Under the pieces are notes generated by a model, which was not told where the DNA came from, ran no database searches, and was given only the letters and a program-made list of their open reading frames with translations. Below are positions 1 through 11,333 of a stretch of DNA of 64,000 nucleotides, piece after piece. Source of the stretch: Haliotis rubra (taxonomy: Eukaryota); contig NW_025767035.1 of NCBI RefSeq assembly GCF_003918875.1, positions 1,488,001 to 1,552,000 of the forward strand, in the 5' to 3' direction. The translations under genes and the position numbers were made by a program. Numbering within the stretch: position 1 is the first letter of the stretch; the number at the start of each line of letters is the position of its first letter.

Positions 1-185
1 AATGTGTCTGAGTGGGGTATTCATGCTTCACTGCGGCATGATATCTCAGTGGGCTAGCACTATAAAACCAGCTTCCGTCTGGGCTAGTACACGCAGACGC
101 ACATACACATACACACACATGCACGTCGTCATATGAGCGAAATATTCTCAAGCACGACATTAAACCCAATTTCACCTCACCTCAT
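1..185 (+). mobile_element. 3' half of a tRNA-derived SINE (same family as 62577-62920), cut by the window edge
   Basis: 1-185 closely matches 62748-62920 (aatgtgtctgagtggggtattcatgcttcactgcg...aaacccaatttcacc). Confidence 0.8.
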
Positions 186-309
186 GTTAAAGACATAGAC
201 CATGTCACATGTATGTAATTCAAAATTAATTTCAACCATTCAGGAGCAATCTTTATAGTTGTCATAGTTTAATTGTATCAGATCAAATACATTTGCATAA
301 CCATTACAG

Positions 310-479
310 TCTTGTATGGAGAGGCAGGCACACAATTCCACAGGTGAGTCTGTCCTGCTACTGAGTCTTTAAGCTGTTTTCGCAAGCACCCAGCGTCGTG
401 AAATGTATTTTAATTATCAGTTATGATATTTCAATCCTTTTTTTTGCCCTTTTCCAGTGAGAATTGCTTCAAGGTATAA
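310..479 (+). CDS. Possible last two small exons (310-343, 458-479) of an upstream gene of unknown function
   Basis: ttacag|...cacag|GTGAGT donor, a strong pyrimidine-tract acceptor at 457 and AATAAA at 530. One consistent frame gives LYGEAGTQFHSENCFKV*, but the frame is ambiguous. Confidence 0.3.
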
Positions 480-952
480 CCAAACTGCTAACTCTCTAAC
501 CTTGACGTTTCATACTGATATATCCTGATAATAAAAAAGCAACATCTGTCACTATCTTGTCAGTCTTCACAGTCACCATTTACGTCAAGTTTACAATGCC
601 ATATTCTATTCAACCTGGGTACAACCTTGAGTAGACATTAAGCTTACTCTCTCAGAAACATTGACACTGAAACATATCTTCATCGGCGATATTACCGACA
701 GCAAGTTGGGGGACACCCGATTTGATTTGGGGTAAATGAGAGGGTCCGGGGTGCAAAAGGTTTACACAAAAATAAGCAACTAGAAAATGCCTGTATGTAT
801 GATAAATAGTTATCCTGCTGACAGGTGATGCCGTCACGGTTTCCTGCTGTCCCATCTATCATCAACTATGTTTGTACAGACAGAAGAAGATAAGTGGGGC
901 TGTGTTCAATCACAATCTTCTACGTCAATCAATCAGGCCCATCAAGGTCGAC

Positions 953-1007
953 TATATATGTTCTCTTCATAAAGAACAGCTTCACAAGAGACCTGAGAAA
1001 GAAACTA
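953..1007 (+). promoter_or_regulatory. TATA-like box and putative non-coding exon 1 of Kunitz gene K1
   Basis: TATATAT at 953-959, GTAAGT donor at 1008, and acceptor tctctccacag ending 1347, four bases before the ATG. Confidence 0.6.
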
Positions 1008-1351
1008 GTAAGTAGCATTTCCTCTAGATATTTCTGAATGTTTTTAATTATTATTTCCTTTTTCACATGAGGTAATTGTTACGGTCAATGAATATTCTCA
1101 GCTCAAAATATTAACCCTTTCACAACGTTTACTCATTAAGTTCTGTTGTGGCAACGCCTTGTACACATTTAAAATATGTATTTAACAATTAATTCCTTCA
1201 ACCACCTGATGATGGTTTTTAAAATTACAAAATATCCATTACGCTTGGTGATGGAAAGGCACAGATATACTTACATATTTTATACTTAATTAAGATATGT
1301 ATAAGATATGAATGTACATTATCAGTATATAAACTGTCTCTCCACAGCGAG

Positions 1352-2854
1352 ATGGCGCTTCACGGTATAACTCTGGTTGCTGTCCTTGCTGGGCTTGTTC
1401 TTCTCACCTCAGCCCAGTACCACCGGTACCCGTACCGGGACCAGTACCGGGACCAGTACCGGGACCAGTACCGGGACCAGTACAGCTGCCAGCTTCCCAA
1501 GGACCCAGGTCATTGTTTAACCTCGATGCCCCGGTACTACTTCAACTACCGACTTGGTATATGCGAGAAGTTCATCTACGGAGGCTGTGCTGGCAACTCG
1601 AACAACTTCCACACTCTGACTGAATGCCGCGCTGTCTGTGGAGGTACGTGATGATACAGTACATGGTTGTATAGTTCTTCTGGGGTTCTTCTTACCCATC
1701 AGTCAATATCAACTGTGACTAAATTATTCATTGGGATTCGCTCAGCTCAAATTCATCTATTTCTGCATGTGTAATGATGAGTGTATGGTTGAATTTAATT
1801 TTACGCCGCACCCCAGCTATGTGGAGGCCTATAAGTCAGCGGTCTGTAAACCATCGAGTCTGGAGAAGACAATCCACTGATCAACAGCATGAGTATCGTC
1901 CTAACCTAAGCAGTTTGGATACGATGACAATTGTCAACCAGGTCAGCGAGCCTGTCCACCCTATCCCGTTAGTACCCTCTTACGACAAGCATGGGTTACT
2001 GAAGGTCTTCCCGGGTCGTGTCACTGAATCATGACATGGAGTGTAGCAAGTTATTCACACTATCATATTCCGAATATGTGAATACATACCTGGGATTTTT
2101 GTTTTCAGGGACTCTTCACATGTACAGGACAGACCTAATTCAAAATCATAATTATCGATTTTTCTTGTTTGTATATAAGTCAGTATCTCTCGTCCGTGGA
2201 TTAAGGTCAGGACTGGCCTGCCATATGGTGCCAATACTGTTGTGCAGCTTCAGGCTACAAACCCTTATTATTTGCCTACCTGTCCACCAGGGCACGGTGA
2301 CCCATTTCGCGAACACCTTTTGTCATCATTCATTTTCAGTGATCATCGCATGATTTTGCCCATTTCAACTGAATTAAAGAAGGAAGTGTTTAGCGATCTG
2401 TTATGCCTGGATAATTAAAGCATGCCGTCAAAATTCAACTGCATAAAATAGATATATTGCTGGTGCTTTATGACGACAGACATTGTATTAATATATAAGT
2501 AAATTTAGCAGCCTAAACTAAGAAAATTGTGACTGCCAAAATATAGATTGTGACGTCATCATTTACTGTGACGCACATGCGCAGAATAGAACCCGGCGAA
2601 CGTTTTCATCAAACTAGCACCTTTGCACCACCCTTCACATTTCACATGTTATTTGTAATTATACTTTGTCTGATTTTTTTTCAGGAGAAAACCTTTGTTT
2701 GCAACCTGTTCTTCAAGGTATTGGCCAGGGCTACTACCCTCGGTACTTCTATGACTATCAATCTGGCACCTGCCGAAGATTTGTGTACGGAGGGAGAGGG
2801 GGCAACTGCAACAACTTCCACACTCTTCAGGACTGTCAGTTCCAGTGCTGCTAA
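1352..2854 (+). CDS. K1: secreted double BPTI/Kunitz-domain protein, 153 aa; exons 1352-1643 and 2685-2854
   Basis: Signal peptide [21 protein letters not shown], then (YRDQ)x4, then Kunitz 1 [37 protein letters not shown]...C. A phase-1 GT-AG intron leads to Kunitz 2 [61 protein letters not shown] at 3001. Confidence 0.92.
1433..1483 (+). repeat. Coding 12-bp minisatellite (taccgggaccag)x4 encoding YRDQ repeats
   Basis: Four perfect units read directly from the sequence. Confidence 0.97.
1780..2017 (-). mobile_element. SINE-like family 2 copy in the K1 intron
   Basis: Reverse complement of the ~250-bp repeat at 40576-40832. Confidence 0.8.
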
Positions 2855-4418
2855 ACTGGAGGAAGCACCAATCAGAATGGGTTGCGGAAGTTCCTGGTGT
2901 TTCCGGCGAGCCAACTTTAACGTGGAGTCGCCATTGCATATTCAGATAGATATACTCTTACTACGACACTTGGTTGGAACACTACTCAAATATTTTCTAT
3001 AATAAATGTTATAAGTTATATCCGTACTTGTCATATATGTACAGCGCCTCCTTGGTCGAATGGACTGAGAGTCTGGAATTTGTTCAGTCTATCCCTTTTA
3101 TGTTAGGGTGCGATGTCCTCGAGGATTTACTCCCTAAATACTGTAATGTGCTCATCAGCTCAAACGGCACAAACGTCTTTCATTTGTACAAAATGGCGTT
3201 TCTTTATGTCGTCGCAGTTGCAAAGAGACGTTATGTTGACATATTAGCAACATTCATTTCACGACACACATTGAAACGATATACGCGTGACGTCAATCTA
3301 GGGTAAGACGCTGTTTATTATTTGGACAGCTACCTCAGTTTGAGTTAGCCAGATATGGACCAGATGGGCTAAATGTGGAAGTAGCACACATTCGAAAAGT
3401 TATACACGTTGCGTCAATCTAGGGCAAAACGTTGATTACTGTTTGGACATATTTCATGTTCTGGAGCTGCACCAAAACGAGGCTAAATGTTCAAACACCT
3501 AATTTGTGTTCAACCTGAATAAGGTTGCAGTTCGAAGACGATTACAAATGAGAGTGCTACGTCACAATAGCGCATTGAATCACGCCCTGACACATTTAGG
3601 TCATTATGAAGGAATGATGATCGATTGTCATTTGTGATGCCCTTGCACAAGGAAAACATGTCCTGTTATTACCTGATGACGTAGATTGTAGCTTAAGGCT
3701 GTTTAGGGGCGCAACAAGTCATCGATGTGACACTCTTGTCAAGCACTGGCTTAGAAGCTGTAATACATGCACATGAGCATTAATCAAGCACCACCCACCT
3801 TCTTTTTTGTGAGAAAACACTACATGATGTTTCATATGCTTTGAAATCCGAAACCGCATATTAAAATGGTATGTGTAAAATGTTAGGAGGAAATTTCAAA
3901 AATCTTAGACCTTTAGCCTTTCAGTGAAACTAGCGAGTTTGATACCGACAAAGCTAAAACATAATCGTTTTTAACCTTGCATTCGAACCTCTCAGAACAA
4001 AGACGACATGTATATTTCACGGTTATAAGGTGTTTAATGACTGTTGTACTTAACGACAATGATATATCATTTATTACCATGACATACACAATCAGTGTGT
4101 ATGATATATGAAGTATTGACAGTCACACAGTAAACGACAAGAGTTTCTCAGAATACTATAAAAATGCAATAAGTGGCTGGGTGAAAGATAAAGTCATCAG
4201 AAACGCGGACCCCAATTTTAATTCCAAAAGTATTTATATTTATATTTTAATCGCGAAAACAGTTTGACCATTATGCAAAATATTGTTTTTGCGTTAGTTT
4301 TCGCAATTAAACATACTTATACGTTGAGTAACCGTGTCATTACTAATGTGCTTGAGGCAAAGGGTGCACTAGTGCCATAACTTTATATATGACATTCTTG
4401 ACGTTTATACTGTCGTGG

Positions 4419-4647
4419 ATGAAAAAGTTTCGTATTGTGGTGTTTGGTTTCATTTGGTGTCAGGAACTGTTCATGGCGACAAGGTGTGTCACCAACACAT
4501 GAGACAGGGGGGATGTCGTCGTCGCTGCTGTCTATGGCATCACAGTTTAACACACACACACACGTCGGATGCAGTAATAGATGTAGTGGTTGCTGCGGAC
4601 GATGGATGAACTGGAAGGCGTCAATGACGGTAACTGTTGGAGACTAG
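4419..4647 (+). pseudogene. Perlinhibin-like secreted Cys/His/Arg-rich miniprotein gene with two frameshifts (pseudogene or assembly indels)
   Basis: Adding one T to the T-run at 4453-4455 and removing one CA unit from 4550-4563 gives MKKFRIVVFGFILVSGTVHG|DKVCHQHMRQGGCRRRCCLWHHSLTHTHVGCSNRCSGCCGRWMNWKASMTVTVGD*. TATA-like tttatatat at 4382-4390. Confidence 0.7.
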
Positions 4648-5015
4648 TCAATGTGTTTAGCAGTGACATGGTTTGGATGATGCACCTATAGATTCAGGTT
4701 GATGATCTTACTCGTCGGTTTGGCTTCATCTTGTAGTTTTGTTTGTAAAACAGTTGTTGTTTAACATCCCAGCTATATGGCGGCGGTCAGTAAATAATCC
4801 AGTCTGGACCAGACAATCCAGTGATCAGCAATATGCAAGTGGATATATTGAGGACGGAGCTCCCTCCGAACTACAGACGAACAAGCCACCTGTACATAGG
4901 GTAGTTAGTAAAGAAAAGAATCCATTAAGAATTACTATTTATTCACAGTTTTCATCCTGTCACCCTCCTTTTGCGTATTGTTTAAACTTTTAGCATCATC
5001 TTAAGGTCAGGACCA

Positions 5016-5260
5016 TATGGAATCCTGGAAGGGACATTGTCGCGTTGTCGCATTGTCGCATTGTCGCCCTCTCAAATACAAGCAAAATAAGGCAAAGTAA
5101 CCAAAACGCGACACGCGACACGCGACAACGCGACAAATGGGCGAAATGTCGCGTTGTCGCGATGTCGCGTGTCGCGTTTTGGTTTATATTGCCTCATTTT
5201 ACTTGTTCTTGAGAGGGCGACAATGCCACAACGCGACAATGTCCCTTCTCGGAGTCCATA
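5016..5260. mobile_element. 245-bp fully palindromic MITE, IS3EU-like termini
   Basis: TATGGA...TCCATA ends, arms complementary along the whole length with tgtcgc sub-repeats, 6-bp TSD GGACCA (5010-5015 / 5261-5266). Confidence 0.88.
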
Positions 5261-5714
5261 GGACCAGGCTCACAATACGACAACCCTGTCTGAATAAACC
5301 CTACAGCACGCTGGAGGAGGATTGTTGGTATACTACAATTAGGAGATAACCCTAGTGTGTTTGAAAATCAGAGATATGCTTTACTGAATTGATGGCGACT
5401 AAATTTCAATTGGAACCGAACGCGTAGCGTTCTAGTTACCTATTCTGTCTGTAAACACATACTGAAAACAGCTGAACCAATACCCTTCTTCCTGACCCGT
5501 GATCTCAATGCGGTGCATTAGCTCAAAAATTGGGGTCGCTGTTATTAAAAAATTCAAAAACCAAAAGAAACAAAGTTTAGCCAAGAGAAATATTACTTTA
5601 ATGTCTATTTGAAAACCCTAACTCTCAAATGCGATAACAACTAGAATCACAAAACAGTACTTCAAAACGTATACAATACATACGTAATATTATCATATCA
5701 GCTAAACGGTTAAA

Positions 5715-6289
5715 TAGATGTGCCACTCATCTACAACCCGTGAGGATCCAGGGTAGAAATGGTCTTCAGTAATCCATGCTTGTCGTAAAAGGCAAGTAAC
5801 GGGATCGGGTGGTCATGTGGTCTGACTTGTAGATGTGCCACTCATCTACAACCCGTGAGGATCCAGGGTAGAAATGGTCTTCAGTAATCCATGCTTGTCG
5901 TAAAAGGCAAGTAACGGGATCGGGTGGTCATGTGGTCTGACTTGTAGATGTGCCACTCATCTACAACCCGTGAAGATCCAGGGTAGAAATGGTCTTCAGT
6001 AATCCATGCTTGTCGTAAAAGGCAAGTAACGGGATCGGGTGGTCATGAGGTCTGACTTGTAGATGTGCCACTCATCTACAACCCGTGAGGATCCAGGGTA
6101 GAAATGGTCTTCAGTAATCCATGCTTGTCGTAAAAGGCAAGTAACGGGATCGGGTGGTCATGTGGTCTGACTTGTAGATGTGCCACTCATCTACAACCCG
6201 TGAGGATCCAGGGTAGAAATGGTCTTCAGTAATCCATGCTTGTCGTAAAAGGCAAGTAACGGGATCGGGTGGTCATGTGGTCTGACTTG
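5715..6289 (+). repeat. Tandem repeat, 5 x 115 bp, built from the flank plus the 5' part of a family-2 SINE
   Basis: Units start at 5715, 5830, 5945, 6060 and 6175 and are near-identical; the SINE body resumes after the array and ends near 6600. Confidence 0.95.
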
Positions 6290-6621
6290 GTTGTCACATG
6301 TCATCGTATCCCAGTTAATACAGTTAATTTGCATTCATGTACACGCCATTATACAGGTCCAGAGAATGATAACGACTGTTTGACAGGAGAATAAATGTGT
6401 CTAAATTATACATTATATGACAATATGGTATACGACAATATAATCTATGCACGATATTTCCCAAATCGTATCCCAATTGTGTAGCATGATGCTCATGCTG
6501 TTGATCACTGGATTGTCTGTTCCAGACACGATTATTTACAGACCCGCCGCCATATAGCTGGAATATTGCTGAGTGCGGCGTTAAACAACAATCCAGCCAA
6601 TTAACTACTCATATATCCTTA

Positions 6622-6784
6622 GGGACGGAGCGGTAGCCTAATGGTTAAAGGGTCGTCTTGTCACGCTGAAGACCCGGGTTCGAATGCCTACATGGGCACA
6701 ATGTGTGAAGCCCATTTCTGGTGTCCCGTGCCGTGATATTGCTAGAATATTGCTAAAAGCGGCGTAATACCCAACACTCACTCA
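6622..6784 (+). mobile_element. tRNA-derived SINE family 1 (~165 bp)
   Basis: Box A (tagcctaatgg), box B (ggttcgaatgcc), tail gatattgctagaatattgctaaaagcggcgtaa..(ctca)n. About 20 copies in the window, e.g. near 12050, 13950, 16430, 17705, 19615, 22565, 23840, 24226, 32788, 42543, 44141, 49058, 49448, 49760, 50278, 50695, 53480, 53935. Confidence 0.9.
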
Positions 6785-7251
6785 TCTACTCGACATACTA
6801 GACATGAACTGTTACGTTAATGAAAGTTTAATTTTCTGTCACCTACTTACCACACATCACCATACTAAGTCAGTAATACCCACCAATCTTTTCATTGTTT
6901 TTAGTGTAAGGAACACACATGTCTTGAGTACGCATAGTGGTTTGGGAAAATGATAAAATGTAAAAAAGCTATAAATGCTTTTAGTTGAGTCCCATTCGGC
7001 GATTAGGAGCCTGACTCAACCCCCAAAAGGTAATAAAATCTGTACTTTACTAAGTCAGCGTAATCCCCAATATTACATACGTTACACACATGTTGCCACG
7101 GAAACCTGAAACATTAGACTTGGAAAAGGTATAGTATGCTCAGAAAAAAGTCACGAAAACTCATGTGTTGTTTCTTGTAATCATAATATGGTGAAGAGGA
7201 ACACAACAACAGCCGCTCCTGGTATACGTGTACGTGCATCGTAATGACTAA

Positions 7252-8905
7252 AGCCACCCTGACACTTGCACGAATTTTGTCCCCGCACTGGTACGCAATT
7301 TTGCGCGCCAATGAGTAAATTCGGCGTAAACTGTTGTGAAGTGTGCATAAACTGTGCGGGGCTGCGTACTATTGTGCAAAGAAAATTTTGAAACGTTCAA
7401 AAATTCTGGTACGCATAATCTTCCTGCCACTCGCGTGAACTAGTCGTTTTTTCCAGCCCTGCGCGCATTGACACGCAGTGTCACGCATTGGCCTGCTTCG
7501 ATCACGCATTGTGTGCGACATGGTCGCGACAGATTGCGCACAGTTCATGCCTTCTCACTTGTCGTGAAGCGGGCGGGCGGGACTGTATTGTCCCGACTTG
7601 TTCACGTGGTCATGGCACGACGAGTTCCCACATAGTTTGCACACGACACGAATACTTGCGCTAGTCACGAAATTGATACGCATTGGGCACGCCTACTTCA
7701 CGCATTGTTGGCGTACGAATCAGCGACGACATAAAAGCGTGCCATTCGCCAGCCCCTACATTCATCAACTCGACAGCGATCAGTCAACAAGATGCCAGCC
7801 AAGAAGAAGTAGACAACCGGAGGAAGAGCAGAAATGGTGGATAGAATACTGGAAGAAGATACCGGACAAGAAACAGACAGAGAGTGAGAGGGATATTTCT
7901 TCCCCTCCCACTCGAGTGCTGATGTTTTTGCACCAAGTAGAGCCCCAAGAAGAGTCCCAAACACAGCAGAAACAGGGATCAGAGTTAGCAATAAGAAATA
8001 CCGGACTACAAATGAATGGATGAGGGAACTATGAAGCCGGCCGAATTTGTTAAGCAGCGCCGCCAGCTGTTCGACAAGAAACAGAAGCATTGGCTGAATG
8101 TCACTGCAGAGACCCAATTATGGACATCGAAATGATATGGCTCAGGCTTGTCATCATTAGGGAGTGGAGCTGGTCCAGGCAGTCCGGCTCGGTTGTCCTC
8201 GACAGCTTTGTGCAAAGTACAGTTCTTCATGTCCCTCCATCTGAAGCACCACCTTCTGCCCCAATATCAACATACAAGAACTTGTATCAAACATCTACAT
8301 GGGCCATGAGCACAATGCTGTGGAAGCCCTTATAATTTTAGCAATATGATCCAGCTTTGGGTGGCTTCTTCATAGCAACGTTCTTGCCGTCCACAGCCCC
8401 CAGGCAGTTGTGGTAGTTCCATCTGGAACTAAAACCTTCAGCAACCTCCTTCCACTCCTCTTCAGTTTTGGGGTATCTGAATACTTCGTCCTTGTAAACC
8501 TCAATGATGGATTTGCAAACCTCTGTTCAGAACTTGCCGTTTGTTTAGCTTCAACTCTGAAGCTGTATTGTAGACTTGCATAGGAATTACCAGTGGCTAG
8601 GAAGCGAAGAATGGTTGCCAGCTTGAGTCGCAGCGGTTCTCTCATGAATGTGGTCTTCTTCTCAAGACGAGGGGTTAACATCTCCACCATGTCTTGAAAC
8701 AAGTCAACGCGTACCAATGCGTGCCAATGCGCACCATTTTCCGTCACGCATTGCGTGCTAAGTGTGCAACTTGTGCGTAAACAGGACGCGAACAGTGCGC
8801 AAATTCGGTTTCACGCGTTCATGCTTACCATTTAAATTACACGCATTGCCACGACGAATTGCGCGGCAGTGCGGGGACAAAATTTGTGCAAGTGTCATGG
8901 TGGCT
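7252..8905 (-). mobile_element. Decayed, internally deleted PIF/Harbinger DNA transposon
   Basis: ~38-bp TIRs agccacc(c/a)tgacacttgcac(g/a)aattttgtccccgcactg with TAA TSD. Broken HARBI1-like transposase on the minus strand at ~8120-8700 (KLATILRFLATGNSYASLQYSFRV; CLGAVDGKNV; NYKGFHSIVLMA; YKFLYVDIGAEGGASDGG) with stops and frameshifts. Confidence 0.93.
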
Positions 8906-9144
8906 TAACAGTAACCAGTGAGGCTAGATCACTTTTTGTAAATCTATAGTTGTCTTTTGATTGTTGTTCAAAAGCGCATTCCATCGGCGGTCAAACGGTG
9001 GTCTGTAAGCAATTGAGTCAGGACATTCCAGTAACTGGCGTCATAAGCATCGATTTTCGCAACTGGGATACGGTGACATGCATCAACCAAGTCAGCGGAC
9101 CTTTCCACCCAGTACCTGATGCTAGATTATCACTTATACTATTA

Positions 9145-10413
9145 CTGAAACACATTAGAAACGCATCACAGGCCACCATTTGCGGAGAAAACAGATACAC
9201 TTGATCTTTTCACAGATAAGATCATCCTCCTCATGAAAGCTTGACTATGGTATCTGACGGTATATTTGTTACAAAGCGAGTTCAAAATCATGGACGTTAT
9301 TCGGTTGAGCCCCAGCAGAAAGTCTTCGCCCCATCTCGTCCCACTAATGTTCAGTAGGCGCTAGATCCACAGAAATGTTGTTTTTCTGAAGAAGATTCAT
9401 GCTGTGTGTATTAGTAGGGGGTCGAATCACACCAATCCTGCGCGAGTTACATTGTCTTCCTGTACAGCAACGAGTCACCTATAAGCTGCTTTCTTTCACA
9501 CATTCAGTCCTGAATGATCCCACTGCTCCCGAGTATCTAAGACGCCTCATTTCATACAAAACTTCGATCCAGCAGCGCTTTAAATGATCTTGCCGTCCCC
9601 AGAACCACCACTAAAATGGAGGAAATGTGTTTTACAGTCCCAGTGTTGTAGAATGAACTTCCAGCTGAACTGGAAATTGCAAAATCAAAGGATTCATTCC
9701 AGAAAAAAATTAAAACACACCTTTTCAGACTATTTTTTGGCTTTGAGCACTCTGCATAACAGTGCCCGTTGCTGTCGGTGTTTCTGAGTGAGTATCGGAC
9801 AAATATGGGGTCTACGCGCACGCAGTCCCCGATGACGTCATCGCCGGTTTACCGTCTACGGACTGATGATACCCCTTCGTCAAAGACTTGTAGGGGTGTT
9901 CTGGACGCTGGTTTCAACCTGTTCCTGAAATGTGTATGGATGATGTGACGATCTTGGGCCGGGACCGTTGCTCATGGTGGTCATAGCCGTGGTAAATCAC
10001 GTCTTCTGCCAGTGATAACCTGATTATTGTTGAAATGTGACAATTAAACCTTCTGGCCACTTGACCTATGGACAACCCCGGAGTAACCGTGTAACGGGAC
10101 AGCTCTTTCTCTCCAAACAACTGATAAACGTGGCATTATATAAAGTCAACAATTGAATGCTGTTCAAAATTAGGATGTGATTGTTGAATGATCTGTGAAT
10201 GTGTTATGTAACCGCCACGCTTTATGCATTTTCTCGTGATTTGCAGTGAAACGCTGATTTTCAGCAAATGGTGGGTCACATAGGGAAGCACGTGCTTCTC
10301 CGTTTGCATCACGTTCATCTGTCATAGTCAGATTACTTAGAGCAGAGTTTGTGGTCAAAATTCCTTTTGCAAGATCAATGGTAATAGGGCGATGCGTTTC
10401 TAATGAATTTCAG
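9145..10413 (-). mobile_element. Decayed Tc1/mariner element containing a LINE fragment
   Basis: Imperfect TIRs ctgaaaNNcattagaaacgcatc at both ends, each flanked by TA; HTH remnant GLSIGQVARRFNCHISTIIRL at ~10020-10080. Confidence 0.7.
9420..9745 (+). mobile_element. 3' fragment of an L2/CR1-group LINE ORF2
   Basis: ITPILRELHCLPVQQRVTYKLL..APEYL and SFQKKIKTHLF motifs typical of L2 ORF2 C-termini; frameshifted. Confidence 0.8.
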
Positions 10414-10631
10414 TATTCTTAGCTAATTCAAACTTTGGGCTCCATAACCAACTAAACAAAATCCTGTTTATCATGTCCGTGGCCACTCTCACAATTAGAC
10501 TCTACGTTCAGATATTGACGGTTACCAAGGTGACAAATCGATTCCCTATGTTGAGATGTGCCATATGATGAACACTTTACTTCCATTTCCACCTGTTTGT
10601 ATCGGTTGGTCAGGATACGCTCACCGCAAAC

Positions 10632-11139
10632 TAGGGCTGGGACGGGTACTCGGGTACTCGAATCCGGGTCGGGTACAGCTGGAATCAAGCACCCGGAAAA
10701 GGAGAGAATTCTGTAATGGCAAGGGCAGATAATACCTTGTTTTTTTCATGATTGACGAAGCAAACATTTGCAGCATTGGTATTGTCCGATTAAGAGGTTA
10801 TTATTAACGACTATAATATATCTGCGCATGAGCAGTGAGTAGTCAAGTTACAGTAACAGCAGGAGCGAAAAGTTCAATCTGTGTTTTAAGGAGGAATGTA
10901 AGTAATGGTGTTACTCTCTATATTGTTTAAACAAACGCAAATTATATAGCCTAAGTTCAGTTTCAGTGTCTTATTGCTATCATTTCAAGTTTTCTTCAAA
11001 AATGTCTGTCAACTCGTGATTGAATATTCAGAAAGTTGACAGAAGCGCTTTATTCCTTACATTTCCGGGTACTCGATTCCGATTCGGGTAAGTACATGCG
11101 GATACTCGATTCCATTTTTTCCTACACGTCCCAGCCCTA
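10632..11139. mobile_element. Non-autonomous hAT-type element (TAGGGCTGGGACG termini)
   Basis: TIR tagggctgggacg / cgtcccagcccta, perfect 8-bp TSD CCGCAAAC, gggtac subterminal repeats. Confidence 0.92.
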
Positions 11140-11333
11140 CCGCAAACACGTGGTATCATCATTATTTTACATTAATTTATAAACACGCTTATGATATAAC
11201 CTGAATCTGATAGATATATATACAGTATATTTTGCGTTGAAAAAAGATTTACCCGCCTCCGTTTATAATTACAGATTGATTAGTGTGTTCAGCACTGCTT
11301 GTAATTCATACTATACCCCAACTGTTATTTCAG

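Noticed and set aside
6622-6700. tRNA genes at SINE heads (also 16429, 32788, 62577 and others)
   Set aside because: Box A/B are present but run into a shared non-tRNA body and tail with TSDs; these are SINEs.
7598-8335. ORFs of 81-141 aa inside the Harbinger element as host genes
   Set aside because: They lie within the TIR-bounded element and are antisense or broken pieces of its decayed coding regions.
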